Shown here: in pieces, positions 47,499 through 56,380 of the stretch
Numbering within the stretch: the stretch's first letter is position 1
How the letters are laid out: each line of letters starts with the position of its first letter
Source of the DNA: an uncultured Anaerolineales bacterium
Lineage (GTDB): Bacteria > Chloroflexota > Anaerolineae > Anaerolineales > UBA11858
Assembly: GCA_964627755.1 (NCBI GenBank)
Contig: CAZVIH010000076.1
Location: 23,566 to 87,565, forward strand
Reading direction: 5' to 3'
DNA length: 64,000 nt
The notes under the pieces: generated by a model
Database searches by the model: none
The model's input: only the letters and a program-made list of their open reading frames with translations
Told to the model about the DNA's origin: nothing
Made by a program: the position numbers and the translations under genes

Positions 47499-48707
47499 CT
47501 AGGGAATAACCCAGACGCCATCTCGCACTACCTGGAAGGATGGGCCAGAAGCATTGCACTCACCACCATTGCAGGTCAGTACACCAGTCAGACCTTGATA
47601 GCCTTCAAGTCCATTGACTGCATCTACCAGAGCTTCACGAGGAATATAAAGATTTCCATCGTCGCCGAGGATAGCAACAGATTTGATAGCCTGGATTAGA
47701 GCGTCTACGACGTCATAACCATGCCAGGTGAAGGTTGAGACTGCGCCAGGAGCATCACCATAAACGCTCTCGAAGTAAGCATCAAACTCTGCCTTGCGGG
47801 CACTCTCTAGCGGTGCGCCAGTAGCAGCGTAGACACCTTCTGATAGGTCACCAGCTAGTTCGATGAAGGCTTCACCATAACTACCGTCATCGCTGAACAG
47901 GATCACATCCTCCATACCGGCAACGGGCATACCTTGGGCGATCACAGCACATTCTGGATAGTATCCACCAAAGTAAATGGCTTCGGGATCAGCGGAACCA
48001 ATATCTGTCAAAACAGCGCTGTAGTCAGTCTCACCGGGAGTGATGGCTTCTACGGCAACAACTTCACCACCAAGGCTCATAAATACTTGCTGAACTCTCT
48101 CAGCAACACCCTTACCATACGCATCACCATCATGCATGACAGCAAGTTTGGTCACACCTAAAACATTATAGAGGTACTCTGCAGCAAACTGACCCTGCAG
48201 GTCATCGGTGAAGGGGATGCGGTTGAAAACATCCTGGTCACCTTCGGTGAGGTCAGCACGGGTTGCAGATGGGGAAAGCATCGGAAGTCGGGCTGCATTG
48301 TAGATGGGGATTGCAGCTGCTGCGGAACCAGAGAAAGTGTGGCCGGCAATTGCAACCACATCAGGATCAGAAACGTAAAGGTTCGCAACAGAGGCGCCAC
48401 CTTCACCACTTCCCTGGGTATCCTCTACCAGCAATTCGAACTCAAAGCCATCCACTCCACCATCGGCATTAGCGTCATCTACTGCCAGCAAACCAGCATT
48501 GGAGATGTCGGTTCCAAAGGCAGAGTAGTCGCCAGCCATAGGTCCTGCGTAACCAATTTTAACGGTGCTGCCTTCATCAATAACAGCACAAACTGATTCA
48601 TCAGGGTTTTCGGCACAGACATCGGGAGCTTTCGCTCCACCACCACATGCAGCCAGGATCAAGCTGAGGGCGATTACGATACTAAATAGATAATATCTCT
48701 TAGACAT
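47499..48707 (-). CDS. branched-chain amino acid ABC substrate-binding lipoprotein (LivJ/K family)
   Basis: Lipobox LILAAC|GG and type-I periplasmic binding fold blocks (VKIGYAGPMAGDYSAFG, VVAIAGHTFSGS, LGVTKLAVMHDGDAYGKG). AAGGAGG RBS. Confidence 0.85.
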   Translation of the reverse strand: MSKRYYLFSIVIALSLILAACGGGAKAPDVCAENPDESVCAVIDEGSTVKIGYAGPMAGDYSAFGTDISNAGLLAVDDANADGGVDGFEFELLVEDTQGSGEGGASVANLYVSDPDVVAIAGHTFSGSAAAAIPIYNAARLPMLSPSATRADLTEGDQDVFNRIPFTDDLQGQFAAEYLYNVLGVTKLAVMHDGDAYGKGVAERVQQVFMSLGGEVVAVEAITPGETDYSAVLTDIGSADPEAIYFGGYYPECAVIAQGMPVAGMEDVILFSDDGSYGEAFIELAGDLSEGVYAATGAPLESARKAEFDAYFESVYGDAPGAVSTFTWHGYDVVDALIQAIKSVAILGDDGNLYIPREALVDAVNGLEGYQGLTGVLTCNGGECNASGPSFQVVRDGVWVIP

Positions 48708-49190
48708 ACTGTTTTCCTCCTTAGGGAAATTTCTTAAAAACTAAATTGTAAATAAAGGATATTCGTACAATCTCCAATTCACCTCCTTCCTTTTTTATCG
48801 AAGAAAAATTCCTGTACAAGTCATGATTATAGATAATTCTGGTCATCAACTGCAGTTATTAACATCTAACCGAAAAAGATCTACTTGTTTACTGCTCGTA
48901 CAATCGGGATTTCCCTTCCAACTCTTAGGGGGTTTACCCGGTTATTTTATATACGATTCAAAGGTACCAATAGCCAATTTATAAGAGGAAAAAGATATTA
49001 AATTATATTCTGGGAATTATGATAAAAGAATATTATCACTTGGAAGTGGAGTATAACATAATTCGAATATATATCAAGGACGTGATTATTCTCTCAATCG
49101 AAAAGATTTCCTTATCACTTTCATGCCTAATTCTCTTGAAAAGATTTTTCCGAATTCCTATCCACTATGATCAATACGGATAATTTTTAC

Positions 49191-49982
49191 TCAGCTCGGC
49201 CGTTGTAATCCGCTGGCCGGTAGAGTAAAACCACCATCTGCAATGATGATTTGCCCTCTGATCATGAATGCGCCCGGAGAACAAAGGAATGCTACAATCG
49301 ATGCCACATCTTCCGGCACAACGATCCGCCCAGCAGGTGTTTGGTCCGCGATCTCTACCAATAAATCCTCATCCTGCATCGTATTAAAGTGCTGCAGGGC
49401 TTCCGTGGCAACTATACCGGGAGAGACTGCGTTCACAGAAATATTCTTTGGGCCAAATTCCACCGCCATGTAGCGGGTCAGGGCCTCAATTGCCGCTTTG
49501 CTGGCACCCACAACAGCATATTCCGGCAGGACACGGAAGGACCCCGGGGAGGAAATGCTGACAATCGAGCCGCCACCGCGTTTTTCCATTAATGGAACAG
49601 ATTTTTGGGCCAGGAACAGATATGCCCTGGCATTGATATCCATGGTCCAATCCCAGCCTTTGGGACGCTGCTCAAGAATGGACCGATTATATCCAGATCC
49701 CGCATTGCTGATCAGAATATCCAGGCCGCCAAAAATCCGGTCTGTTTCAGCAATCAGCTTCTCCAGATCGTCTATGTCACCTACATTTGCTTTGATGATT
49801 TCAGATCGTACTCCGAGTTCAGAAATTTGCTCGGCGGTTTCCTCAGCGGATCCCCTGTTCCGAAAATAATTCACCACGATATCAGCCCCCAGGGAAGCAA
49901 AATGCAGCGCAATCGCGCGGCCTATCCCCCTGCCGGATCCAGTGATCAGGACTGTTTTCCCGTGAAAGAATTCCTCACTCAT
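49191..49982 (-). CDS. short-chain dehydrogenase/reductase (FabG/FabL-like)
   Basis: TGSGRGIGRAIA Rossmann motif, NAG, and the catalytic S...YxxxK (YAVVGASKAA). Confidence 0.85.
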   Translation of the reverse strand: MSEEFFHGKTVLITGSGRGIGRAIALHFASLGADIVVNYFRNRGSAEETAEQISELGVRSEIIKANVGDIDDLEKLIAETDRIFGGLDILISNAGSGYNRSILEQRPKGWDWTMDINARAYLFLAQKSVPLMEKRGGGSIVSISSPGSFRVLPEYAVVGASKAAIEALTRYMAVEFGPKNISVNAVSPGIVATEALQHFNTMQDEDLLVEIADQTPAGRIVVPEDVASIVAFLCSPGAFMIRGQIIIADGGFTLPASGLQRPS

Positions 49983-50257
49983 TAATTTCTCCTCCAGCTA
50001 TTTCCTTGTATTCTAACAAGGTGTAAACCAAATTACCAGCAGGCAGTATTTAGTATTCAAAATCCTTGACCCCCTAAAGATCCAATCAACTAACAGGGTA
50101 TTTAAAACGATTAACTGGGAATCTTTGTCGGTGGAAAATCCAATCAAGGAGGGTTATAGGTTTCTTCTATAACTACTCATTCACAGTCCCGATAGCATTT
50201 GTGATTAATTGCACTTATTCAAAACAGACCTCAATCCTATACTATCAATTGTCCTGT

Positions 50258-50277
50258 AATTAAATAATCATTTAATT
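50258..50277. promoter_or_regulatory. perfect 8-4-8 inverted repeat, a candidate ArsR-family operator
   Basis: AATTAAAT-AATC-ATTTAATT. It ends 15 bp upstream of the arsR-like ATG at 50293. Confidence 0.5.
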
Positions 50278-50292
50278 GATTGAGAGTTAATT

Positions 50293-50577
50293 ATGAAGCC
50301 TAATGAGATTGTAGAAGCCCAGGAACTGGCGGAATATTGCGGTATCTTGGGAAACGCCCACAGGATTCTTATTGTCTGGGCGCTTGGGAAACGTGAGTTA
50401 ACTGTGAGTGAAATAGCAGAGGAGATTACTGCCTCAATGCAAAACACTTCTCAGCATCTTCGGCTGATGAAAAATAAAGGTGTTTTGCTCTCACGCAGGG
50501 ATGGAAGAGAAATCTACTACAGGATTGCAGATACAAAATTCAACCGGAGCTGTCCAATCCTATCAAAAAACTGTTAA
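50293..50577 (+). CDS. ArsR/SmtB-family winged-helix repressor (no alpha3 ELCVCDL metal site; cysteines at N- and C-terminal positions)
   Basis: LGNAHRILIVWALGKRELTVSEIAEEITASMQNTSQHLRLMKNKGVLLSRRDGREIYYRI. Cysteines lie in EYCGIL and in the C-terminal NRSCPILSKNC. Confidence 0.8.
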   Translation: MKPNEIVEAQELAEYCGILGNAHRILIVWALGKRELTVSEIAEEITASMQNTSQHLRLMKNKGVLLSRRDGREIYYRIADTKFNRSCPILSKNC

Positions 50578-50610
50578 TCCATTTGTTTTATTATAGACAA
50601 GGAGAAAGAA

Positions 50611-50865
50611 ATGTCCCCAGAAGAATTAGAAAAATTAGAAGCTGCAGAAGTTGTTGACGCCCGGGCGATGGCCTGCCCTGGCCCGCTGCTGGAAGCCAAA
50701 AAAAGCATCGGCAAAGTCAAAGTAGATGAAATACTTGAGCTTTGGGCCGGCGATCCCAATACTAAAAATGATATGCCCCGCTGGTGTGCCAAGGTTGGTC
50801 ACGAGTATCTGGGTGAAGTAGTAGCCGACGGATACGAAAGACTTTTCATTCGCCGCAAGAAATAA
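50611..50865 (+). CDS. TusA/SirA-family sulfur carrier protein
   Basis: 84 aa with DARAMACPGPLLEAKKSIGKV (the CPxP active-site motif). AAGGAG RBS. Confidence 0.8.
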   Translation: MSPEELEKLEAAEVVDARAMACPGPLLEAKKSIGKVKVDEILELWAGDPNTKNDMPRWCAKVGHEYLGEVVADGYERLFIRRKK

Positions 50866-50937
50866 ACCGAAACGTTCTAAGTATCCCGCAAGCAAGGATC
50901 TGCGGGATACTTCTATGTCCGCATAGAGGAAGTTAAC

Positions 50938-51390
50938 ATGGAAAATATGTCAGATTGCAATACCCCTAAAATTCTCATCCTGGCAACCACTTCGGGTGGA
51001 TATGCTGGAGCGGATGCAGTGGGACAGCTGCACACAGACTATCCCAACAACACCTATATTCTGCCAGTGCTTTGCCCCAGTATGTTTAACGAGGATTTTT
51101 ATCTCAGGATATTTAAACGCGGTATTGATGGTGTGATCGTCATGTACAGCGGAACAGACAGTCCTTATAAAGGTGGACCCGAACGGGCTGCCGAGTTAAT
51201 TAACAAAACCTACCCGAAAATGAAAGAAAACGGTATAGATACTCGCCGGTTGAAGCTAACCGCGATATGTACAGTATGTACCAAACCTTTCCTGAAAGAA
51301 GTCAATCAAATGAACACGCTGCTCCGGGAAATTGGATTTGTCAAGGATGAAATGGCGTCCTTTTCTGGAGAGGAAGCGGTTGCAGCCTGA
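50938..51390 (+). CDS. MvhD/FlpD-like (hydrogenase iron-sulfur subunit family) protein with the usual cysteine ligands substituted
   Basis: KILILATTSGGYAGADAVG...VLCPSMFNEDFYLRIFKRGIDGVIVMYSGTDSPYKGG aligns with the MvhD pattern K-I-V-x-F-C-C-N-W-C-S-Y-x-G-A-D...G-A-D-G-V-x-V-x-G-C-x-x-G-D-C-H. The Cys positions read A/T/S/G/S/S here. Confidence 0.6.
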   Translation: MENMSDCNTPKILILATTSGGYAGADAVGQLHTDYPNNTYILPVLCPSMFNEDFYLRIFKRGIDGVIVMYSGTDSPYKGGPERAAELINKTYPKMKENGIDTRRLKLTAICTVCTKPFLKEVNQMNTLLREIGFVKDEMASFSGEEAVAA

Positions 51391-51456
51391 TGGCTCGGAA
51401 AAAATGATTAGAAGAATAGGTTTAATAAAGTCGCAAACAAAAGAGGAGATACTGCC

Positions 51457-52779
51457 TTGAGAAAAATTCAAGTTGATGCTCTTGTCGTTGGCGGCGGCAT
51501 CGCCGGGATGCAAACTGCTCTTGATCTCGCGGACCAGGGCTACCAGGTCGCACTGGTAGAAAAGGAAGCCAGTATTGGCGGCAAAATGATTGCCCTCAGT
51601 AAAGTTTTCCCAACCCTGGACTGCTGCAGCTGCATCACAACTCCCAAGATGTCTGCCGTAGCGCATCATTCCAATATTCAATTACTTACCTATCACGAGG
51701 TTCAAACTCTCAATAAGACAGATGCCGGATTCAGTGCTGAGGTGTTGAAAAAACCCCGCTATGTCAATGAAGATGACTGCACCGGCTGCCGGCAGTGTGA
51801 ATACGCCTGCCCTATCAACCTGCCAAGCGCCTTTGATCTTGACTATGGCGCAACCAAAGCTGTCCGGGTCCCATTTTCCACCGCCGTACCACAGTATGCA
51901 GTCCTGGACATCGAAAATTGCATCCTGTGCGGAAAATGTGAAAAAGCCTGTCCGGTGAATTGCATTGATTTCACCCAGCAGCCGGAAACGATTGAGATCC
52001 AGGCCAAGGCAGTCATCCTGGCAACCGGCTTTGAGACTACATCAACACAGGCCAAGAAGGAATACGGCGCAGATAAAAATCGGAATGTCATCAATGCCAT
52101 GTTCATGGAACGCCTGCTGGCGCCCACCGGGCCCTATGGTCGAGTGATTCGCCCCGGTGATGGTAAAGAGCCGGATTCGATTGCTTATGTTCAGTGCGCG
52201 GGATCAAGGGACGCCACCTTAGGTGTGGAGTACTGCTCCCGGGTTTGCTGTATGTACGCAATCAAACAGGCCATGCTCCTGGCGGGTTCTCTCCCTATGG
52301 CAGATATCACCATTTATTACATGGATATCCGCACCTTCGGCAAAGGATATGAACAATTCTTCCAAAATGCCAAGGCAATGGGCATTGAATTTGTGAAAGG
52401 CAAAGTCGCTTCAATAAAGCAGGACGAAAATCAGAACCCGGTGCTCCGGGTAGAACTGATCGATGATGGTTCACGGGTCGAAGAAATTACCCATGATTTA
52501 GTTGTGCTCTCAGTTGGATTGCTGCCCCAGTATGATCCGGAAGCGATTTTCAATGTATCCCCGGGAGATGATGGTTTTATTGATATTCCCAAGATTAATA
52601 CCTCTCCCTGCCTGACAAAACGCCAGGGTATATTTGTCGCTGGCACATCTGGCGGCCCAATGGATATCGTAGACAGTATCATCATGTCTGGATCAGCGGC
52701 AGCAGAAGCAGCGGCTTATATCGAGTCTCAAAAAGAATCCCTGACACTGAGTAAAGAAAGTGAGGATGTCTATGCCTAA
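51457..52779 (+). CDS. HdrA-family FAD/FeS flavoprotein, QmoA-like (440 aa)
   Basis: TTG start after an AGGAG RBS. FAD motif VVGGGIAGMQTALDLADQG. HdrA cysteines LDCCSCITTPKM and CAGSRD...YCSRVCCMYAIK. Inserted ferredoxin CTGCRQCEYACP / CILCGKCEKACP. Confidence 0.8.
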   Translation: MRKIQVDALVVGGGIAGMQTALDLADQGYQVALVEKEASIGGKMIALSKVFPTLDCCSCITTPKMSAVAHHSNIQLLTYHEVQTLNKTDAGFSAEVLKKPRYVNEDDCTGCRQCEYACPINLPSAFDLDYGATKAVRVPFSTAVPQYAVLDIENCILCGKCEKACPVNCIDFTQQPETIEIQAKAVILATGFETTSTQAKKEYGADKNRNVINAMFMERLLAPTGPYGRVIRPGDGKEPDSIAYVQCAGSRDATLGVEYCSRVCCMYAIKQAMLLAGSLPMADITIYYMDIRTFGKGYEQFFQNAKAMGIEFVKGKVASIKQDENQNPVLRVELIDDGSRVEEITHDLVVLSVGLLPQYDPEAIFNVSPGDDGFIDIPKINTSPCLTKRQGIFVAGTSGGPMDIVDSIIMSGSAAAEAAAYIESQKESLTLSKESEDVYA

Positions 52780-54796
52780 CAAAGATAATGAAGAAATCAG
52801 GATTGGCGTATACACCTGTTATTGCGGGGGAAATATCAGCGATGTCGTCAATTGTGAGCTGGTTTCAAAGAAATTAGCCGAATTGCCCAACGTGGTTGTC
52901 TCAAGAACCAATATGGCTATGTGTTCTGATGTAGGCCAGTCACTGATCGAAGAGGATATCAAAGAAAATGGAGTCAATCGAGTGGTGATTGGCGCCTGCG
53001 CTCCCTCCCTTCACGAACAGACCTTCCGCGGCACTGTTGCCAGGGCTGGATTGAACCCATACTTGTATTATCATGTTGGAATTCGGGAACAGGACAGCTG
53101 GGTGCATAGAAGTGACTGTGAAGGTGCAACAGCAAAGGCAATCCGCTTGATGGCCTCCGGTTTGGCTAAAGCCAGATTGCTTGATCCCCTGGCCCCAATT
53201 CAGCTGACCGCAGAAAAACACGCCCTGGTTATTGGTGGCGGAATCGCGGGTTTAAAGGCAGCCTATGATATCGCCCGTAGAGGACTGCGGGTTACATTAA
53301 TCGAAAAAACCCCTTTCCTGGGAGGCAGGGTTGCCCAACTGGACACTCTCTTCCCTACCAATGAAAATGCAAAAGACACTTTACATGACCTGATCAACAA
53401 GGTTGCATCCCATCCCAATATCGTTATCTACACTCAAGCCCAGGTCAAAGGTGTAACAGGATATGTAGGCGACTACCAGATCCAGATCCAACAAGAATCC
53501 CGGGGAGTGGATGATACGAATGCTGAAAAGATCATGGCAGCCTGCGAGCAGACAGTCCCAGACGAGTTCAATTACGGATTAACCAGCCGTAAAGTAGTTT
53601 ACCAGGCCTATCCGGGTTGTTTTCCCCATACTCCAGCAGTGGACTGGGAGAATTATGATGGAAAACCAATCAAGGTAAATGGGGAGGATATCATCCTCAA
53701 GAATGATCCAGTATCCATTCCCCTTCATGTTGGAGCGATTGTTGTCGCAACCGGGTTTGATCCCTATCAACCCCGGCAGGGAGAATTCGGATTTGGTGAA
53801 ATCCCTGAAGTTGTCACCCTCCCGACTCTTATTCGCCATTTATACTTGATGGAAGATGGTCAAGAGTTTGTCTGGAACGGTCACCCCGTGCGTGATATTG
53901 CCATGGTGCATTGTGTGGGAAGCCGGGAAATTGATGGTGTTCATGAACCCCAGGAAGATGGAAAAGTGAACAATTACTGCTCCCGGGTTTGCTGTACTGC
54001 CAATTTACATATGGCGAATACCCTCAATGAACGTTTTCCCGGACTGAATATTTATAATCTTTACGAAGATATTCGGACTTACGGACGCGGCCATGAACAA
54101 TATTATATGGACGCACTGGATCAAATGGTCCGTTTCCTCCGTTTCCATGGAGATGACCGACCGACAGTTAAAAAAGCCCAGGCAGGCGACACTCACCCGG
54201 TGCTGGTCGAGATTCGCGATCATCTGACCAAAGGTCAGGAGCTGGAAATCGCTGTGGATCTGGTTGTTCTGGCAGTTGGCTTTATGCCCAGGGATATTGA
54301 TGACCTTGTAAAGATGCTCAAAATCTCCCGCGGAAACGACCGCTTCCTGGCAGAAATTCACCCCAAACTCCGGCCAGTCGAAACAGCTGTACCGGGAGTG
54401 ATCCTGGCAGGATCTTCTCAGAGCCCCATGAACGTGCAGGAAAGCTGTTCCGCGGCATCAGCAGCGGCAGCAAAAGTATCTGCGCTGCTAAGTTCGGGCC
54501 AGGTGGAACTGGAACCTTTTGTTGCCCAGGTCGATCTGGAAAAATGCACTGGGACGGGAGAATGTGTGACGGTCTGCCTCTATGAAGGTGCCGTCACTCT
54601 CAAGGATGTAGAAGTGAACGGACAAATCCTCAAACGTGCAGTGGTATCCCCTGCAAACTGTACCGGTTGTGGATGCTGTGTCAGCGCCTGTCCCAACCAG
54701 GCCATCGAAGTCCAGGGTTGGACCATCCCGCAGTACGACGCTATGCTGGACGCACTTGCCATGGATCTAGATGAAATGATGGAGGTAGCAAAATGA
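52766..54796 (+). CDS. HdrA-family FAD/FeS flavoprotein, QmoB-like (about 676 aa) with a C-terminal 2x[4Fe-4S] ferredoxin domain
   Basis: N-terminal VYTCYCGGNISD...IGACAPSLHE. FAD motif VIGGGIAGLKAAYDIARRG. HCVGSRE...YCSRVCCTANLH. C-terminal CTGTGECVTVC and CTGCGCCVSACP. Start ambiguous (GTG 52760, ATG 52766 or ATG 52772); it overlaps the upstream stop. Confidence 0.8.
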   Translation: MSMPNKDNEEIRIGVYTCYCGGNISDVVNCELVSKKLAELPNVVVSRTNMAMCSDVGQSLIEEDIKENGVNRVVIGACAPSLHEQTFRGTVARAGLNPYLYYHVGIREQDSWVHRSDCEGATAKAIRLMASGLAKARLLDPLAPIQLTAEKHALVIGGGIAGLKAAYDIARRGLRVTLIEKTPFLGGRVAQLDTLFPTNENAKDTLHDLINKVASHPNIVIYTQAQVKGVTGYVGDYQIQIQQESRGVDDTNAEKIMAACEQTVPDEFNYGLTSRKVVYQAYPGCFPHTPAVDWENYDGKPIKVNGEDIILKNDPVSIPLHVGAIVVATGFDPYQPRQGEFGFGEIPEVVTLPTLIRHLYLMEDGQEFVWNGHPVRDIAMVHCVGSREIDGVHEPQEDGKVNNYCSRVCCTANLHMANTLNERFPGLNIYNLYEDIRTYGRGHEQYYMDALDQMVRFLRFHGDDRPTVKKAQAGDTHPVLVEIRDHLTKGQELEIAVDLVVLAVGFMPRDIDDLVKMLKISRGNDRFLAEIHPKLRPVETAVPGVILAGSSQSPMNVQESCSAASAAAAKVSALLSSGQVELEPFVAQVDLEKCTGTGECVTVCLYEGAVTLKDVEVNGQILKRAVVSPANCTGCGCCVSACPNQAIEVQGWTIPQYDAMLDALAMDLDEMMEVAK

Positions 54797-55083
54797 GCGG
54801 TAAAGAAGATCTAAAAAACAAGGCTCAAATATTGAAAGATCTGCGCGTCGTACACCAAGAATCTGTAGATCGGACACAAGCGCTCTTAAAAGAACAGGGC
54901 AAAATTGAGCGAGAGATCCTTAAAATCATCAAGGATGAATCAATGACCATTCCCGCCATTGCCTCTCAGATCGAGCTGCCAACCCATCGTGTATTATGGT
55001 TCGTTACAGCTTTGAAGAAATACGACCTGATCCGGGAAGACGGCATGGATGGTGAATATGTCCTGTACAGGAAAGAGGAGTAA
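54793..55083 (+). CDS. small (96 aa) winged-helix-like protein embedded in the qmo-like operon
   Basis: ATGA overlap with the upstream gene. The segment EREILKIIKDESMTIPAIASQIELPTHRVLWFVTALKKYDLIRED looks like a MarR/ArsR-type wHTH. Confidence 0.5.
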   Translation: MSGKEDLKNKAQILKDLRVVHQESVDRTQALLKEQGKIEREILKIIKDESMTIPAIASQIELPTHRVLWFVTALKKYDLIREDGMDGEYVLYRKEE

Positions 55084-55087
55084 CAAT

Positions 55088-56263
55088 ATGGCCACTAGAG
55101 TGGATCCAAGTTTAATGTATGAATTGAAAGATTTCGGCGCTGCCGAAATTGAAAAATGTTACAACTGCGGGAACTGCACCGCAATCTGCCCCTTAACAAG
55201 TACAGACCATCCCTTCCCAAGAGATATGATCCGTATGGTCCAGCTCGGATTGGAAGATAATCTTTTGGAGAGCCTTGATCCTTGGCTGTGTTATTACTGT
55301 GGAGACTGCTCCTTGACCTGTCCAAAAGAAGCCGAACCCGGTGAAACTATGATGGCTGTCCGCCGCTGGTTAACCGCACAATATGACTGGACCGGACTGG
55401 CTGGTAAGTTCTATACCTCAAAACTCTGGGAGTTCGGCGCAATGATCCTGACAGCCTTATTTATCATCTTCCTGGCTGTAATCCTGCATGGCCCGATCGT
55501 GACCAGTTCAGTGGAGCTGAATACTTTTGCTCCTGTAAAACTTATGCACACTGCAGACTGGATCATGGCTGCAGGGTTGGTTTTCTTCATTGGAACCAAT
55601 ATCCTACGTATGCATCATTTTGTGATCACAAAAGGGACTCCTGTAAAAGTGCCCCTGACTGTTTACATCACTGAAGCCTGGTATTTCATCCTGCATTTGT
55701 TTACTCAGAAGAAATGGAGCGAATGCGCCCAGGACGAAGAGGATCAGAAAGAAAAAAACTTCAAACGACTGCCATGGATCAATCATCTGCTGATGGCCAG
55801 CGGATACGGTTTGATGCTGGTTCTGGTGATATTTTTCCTACCCTGGTTACAGACTGACGAGATCTATCCGATAACAAATCCCCAGCGCTGGTTGGGATAT
55901 TACGCAACCGCAGTTCTGCTGTATGGCGCGGGTTCTGTGATCTACAGCCGGATCAAACAAGGGAGACCTATTCATAAATTCTCCCACGCCAGCGACTGGA
56001 TTTTCCCTGTATTACTGTTTTTTGTGAGTCTGACAGGTATCCTCCAGCACACCTTCCGGTATCTGGGTTTACCTCTGGCGACCTACTATACCTATGTCAT
56101 TCACCTGGCCGCCGCCTTCCCGATGTTGGTCCTGGAGGTGCCATTTGGAAAGTGGGCTCACCTCTATTACCGCCCTCTGGCAATATATTTCCAGCAAGTA
56201 AGATTAAAAGCTGTTGAAATCAGCAAACGGCCCAAAGAGGAAATGGTCCCGGCGGGTCAATAA
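55088..56263 (+). CDS. QmoC-like fusion: HdrC-like 2x[4Fe-4S] domain + NarI/HdrE-like multi-His membrane (heme b) domain
   Basis: CYNCGNCTAICP and CYYCGDCSLTCP, followed by about 6 TM helices rich in conserved-looking His (MHTADW, RMHHFV, ILHLF, INHLL, LQHTF, VIHLA, KWAHLYYRP). AGGAG RBS before the ATG at 55088. Confidence 0.75.
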   Translation: MATRVDPSLMYELKDFGAAEIEKCYNCGNCTAICPLTSTDHPFPRDMIRMVQLGLEDNLLESLDPWLCYYCGDCSLTCPKEAEPGETMMAVRRWLTAQYDWTGLAGKFYTSKLWEFGAMILTALFIIFLAVILHGPIVTSSVELNTFAPVKLMHTADWIMAAGLVFFIGTNILRMHHFVITKGTPVKVPLTVYITEAWYFILHLFTQKKWSECAQDEEDQKEKNFKRLPWINHLLMASGYGLMLVLVIFFLPWLQTDEIYPITNPQRWLGYYATAVLLYGAGSVIYSRIKQGRPIHKFSHASDWIFPVLLFFVSLTGILQHTFRYLGLPLATYYTYVIHLAAAFPMLVLEVPFGKWAHLYYRPLAIYFQQVRLKAVEISKRPKEEMVPAGQ

Positions 56264-56380
56264 AGCAGCACAGTCGTGAGCAATGCAGAAAAAAGGAGTG
56301 TAACGAGTTAAAAATTCAAATAAAAAATATGCCAAGTTTTAAAATATCTATCAATCAAACATTCAATAAGGAGAAAGAAA

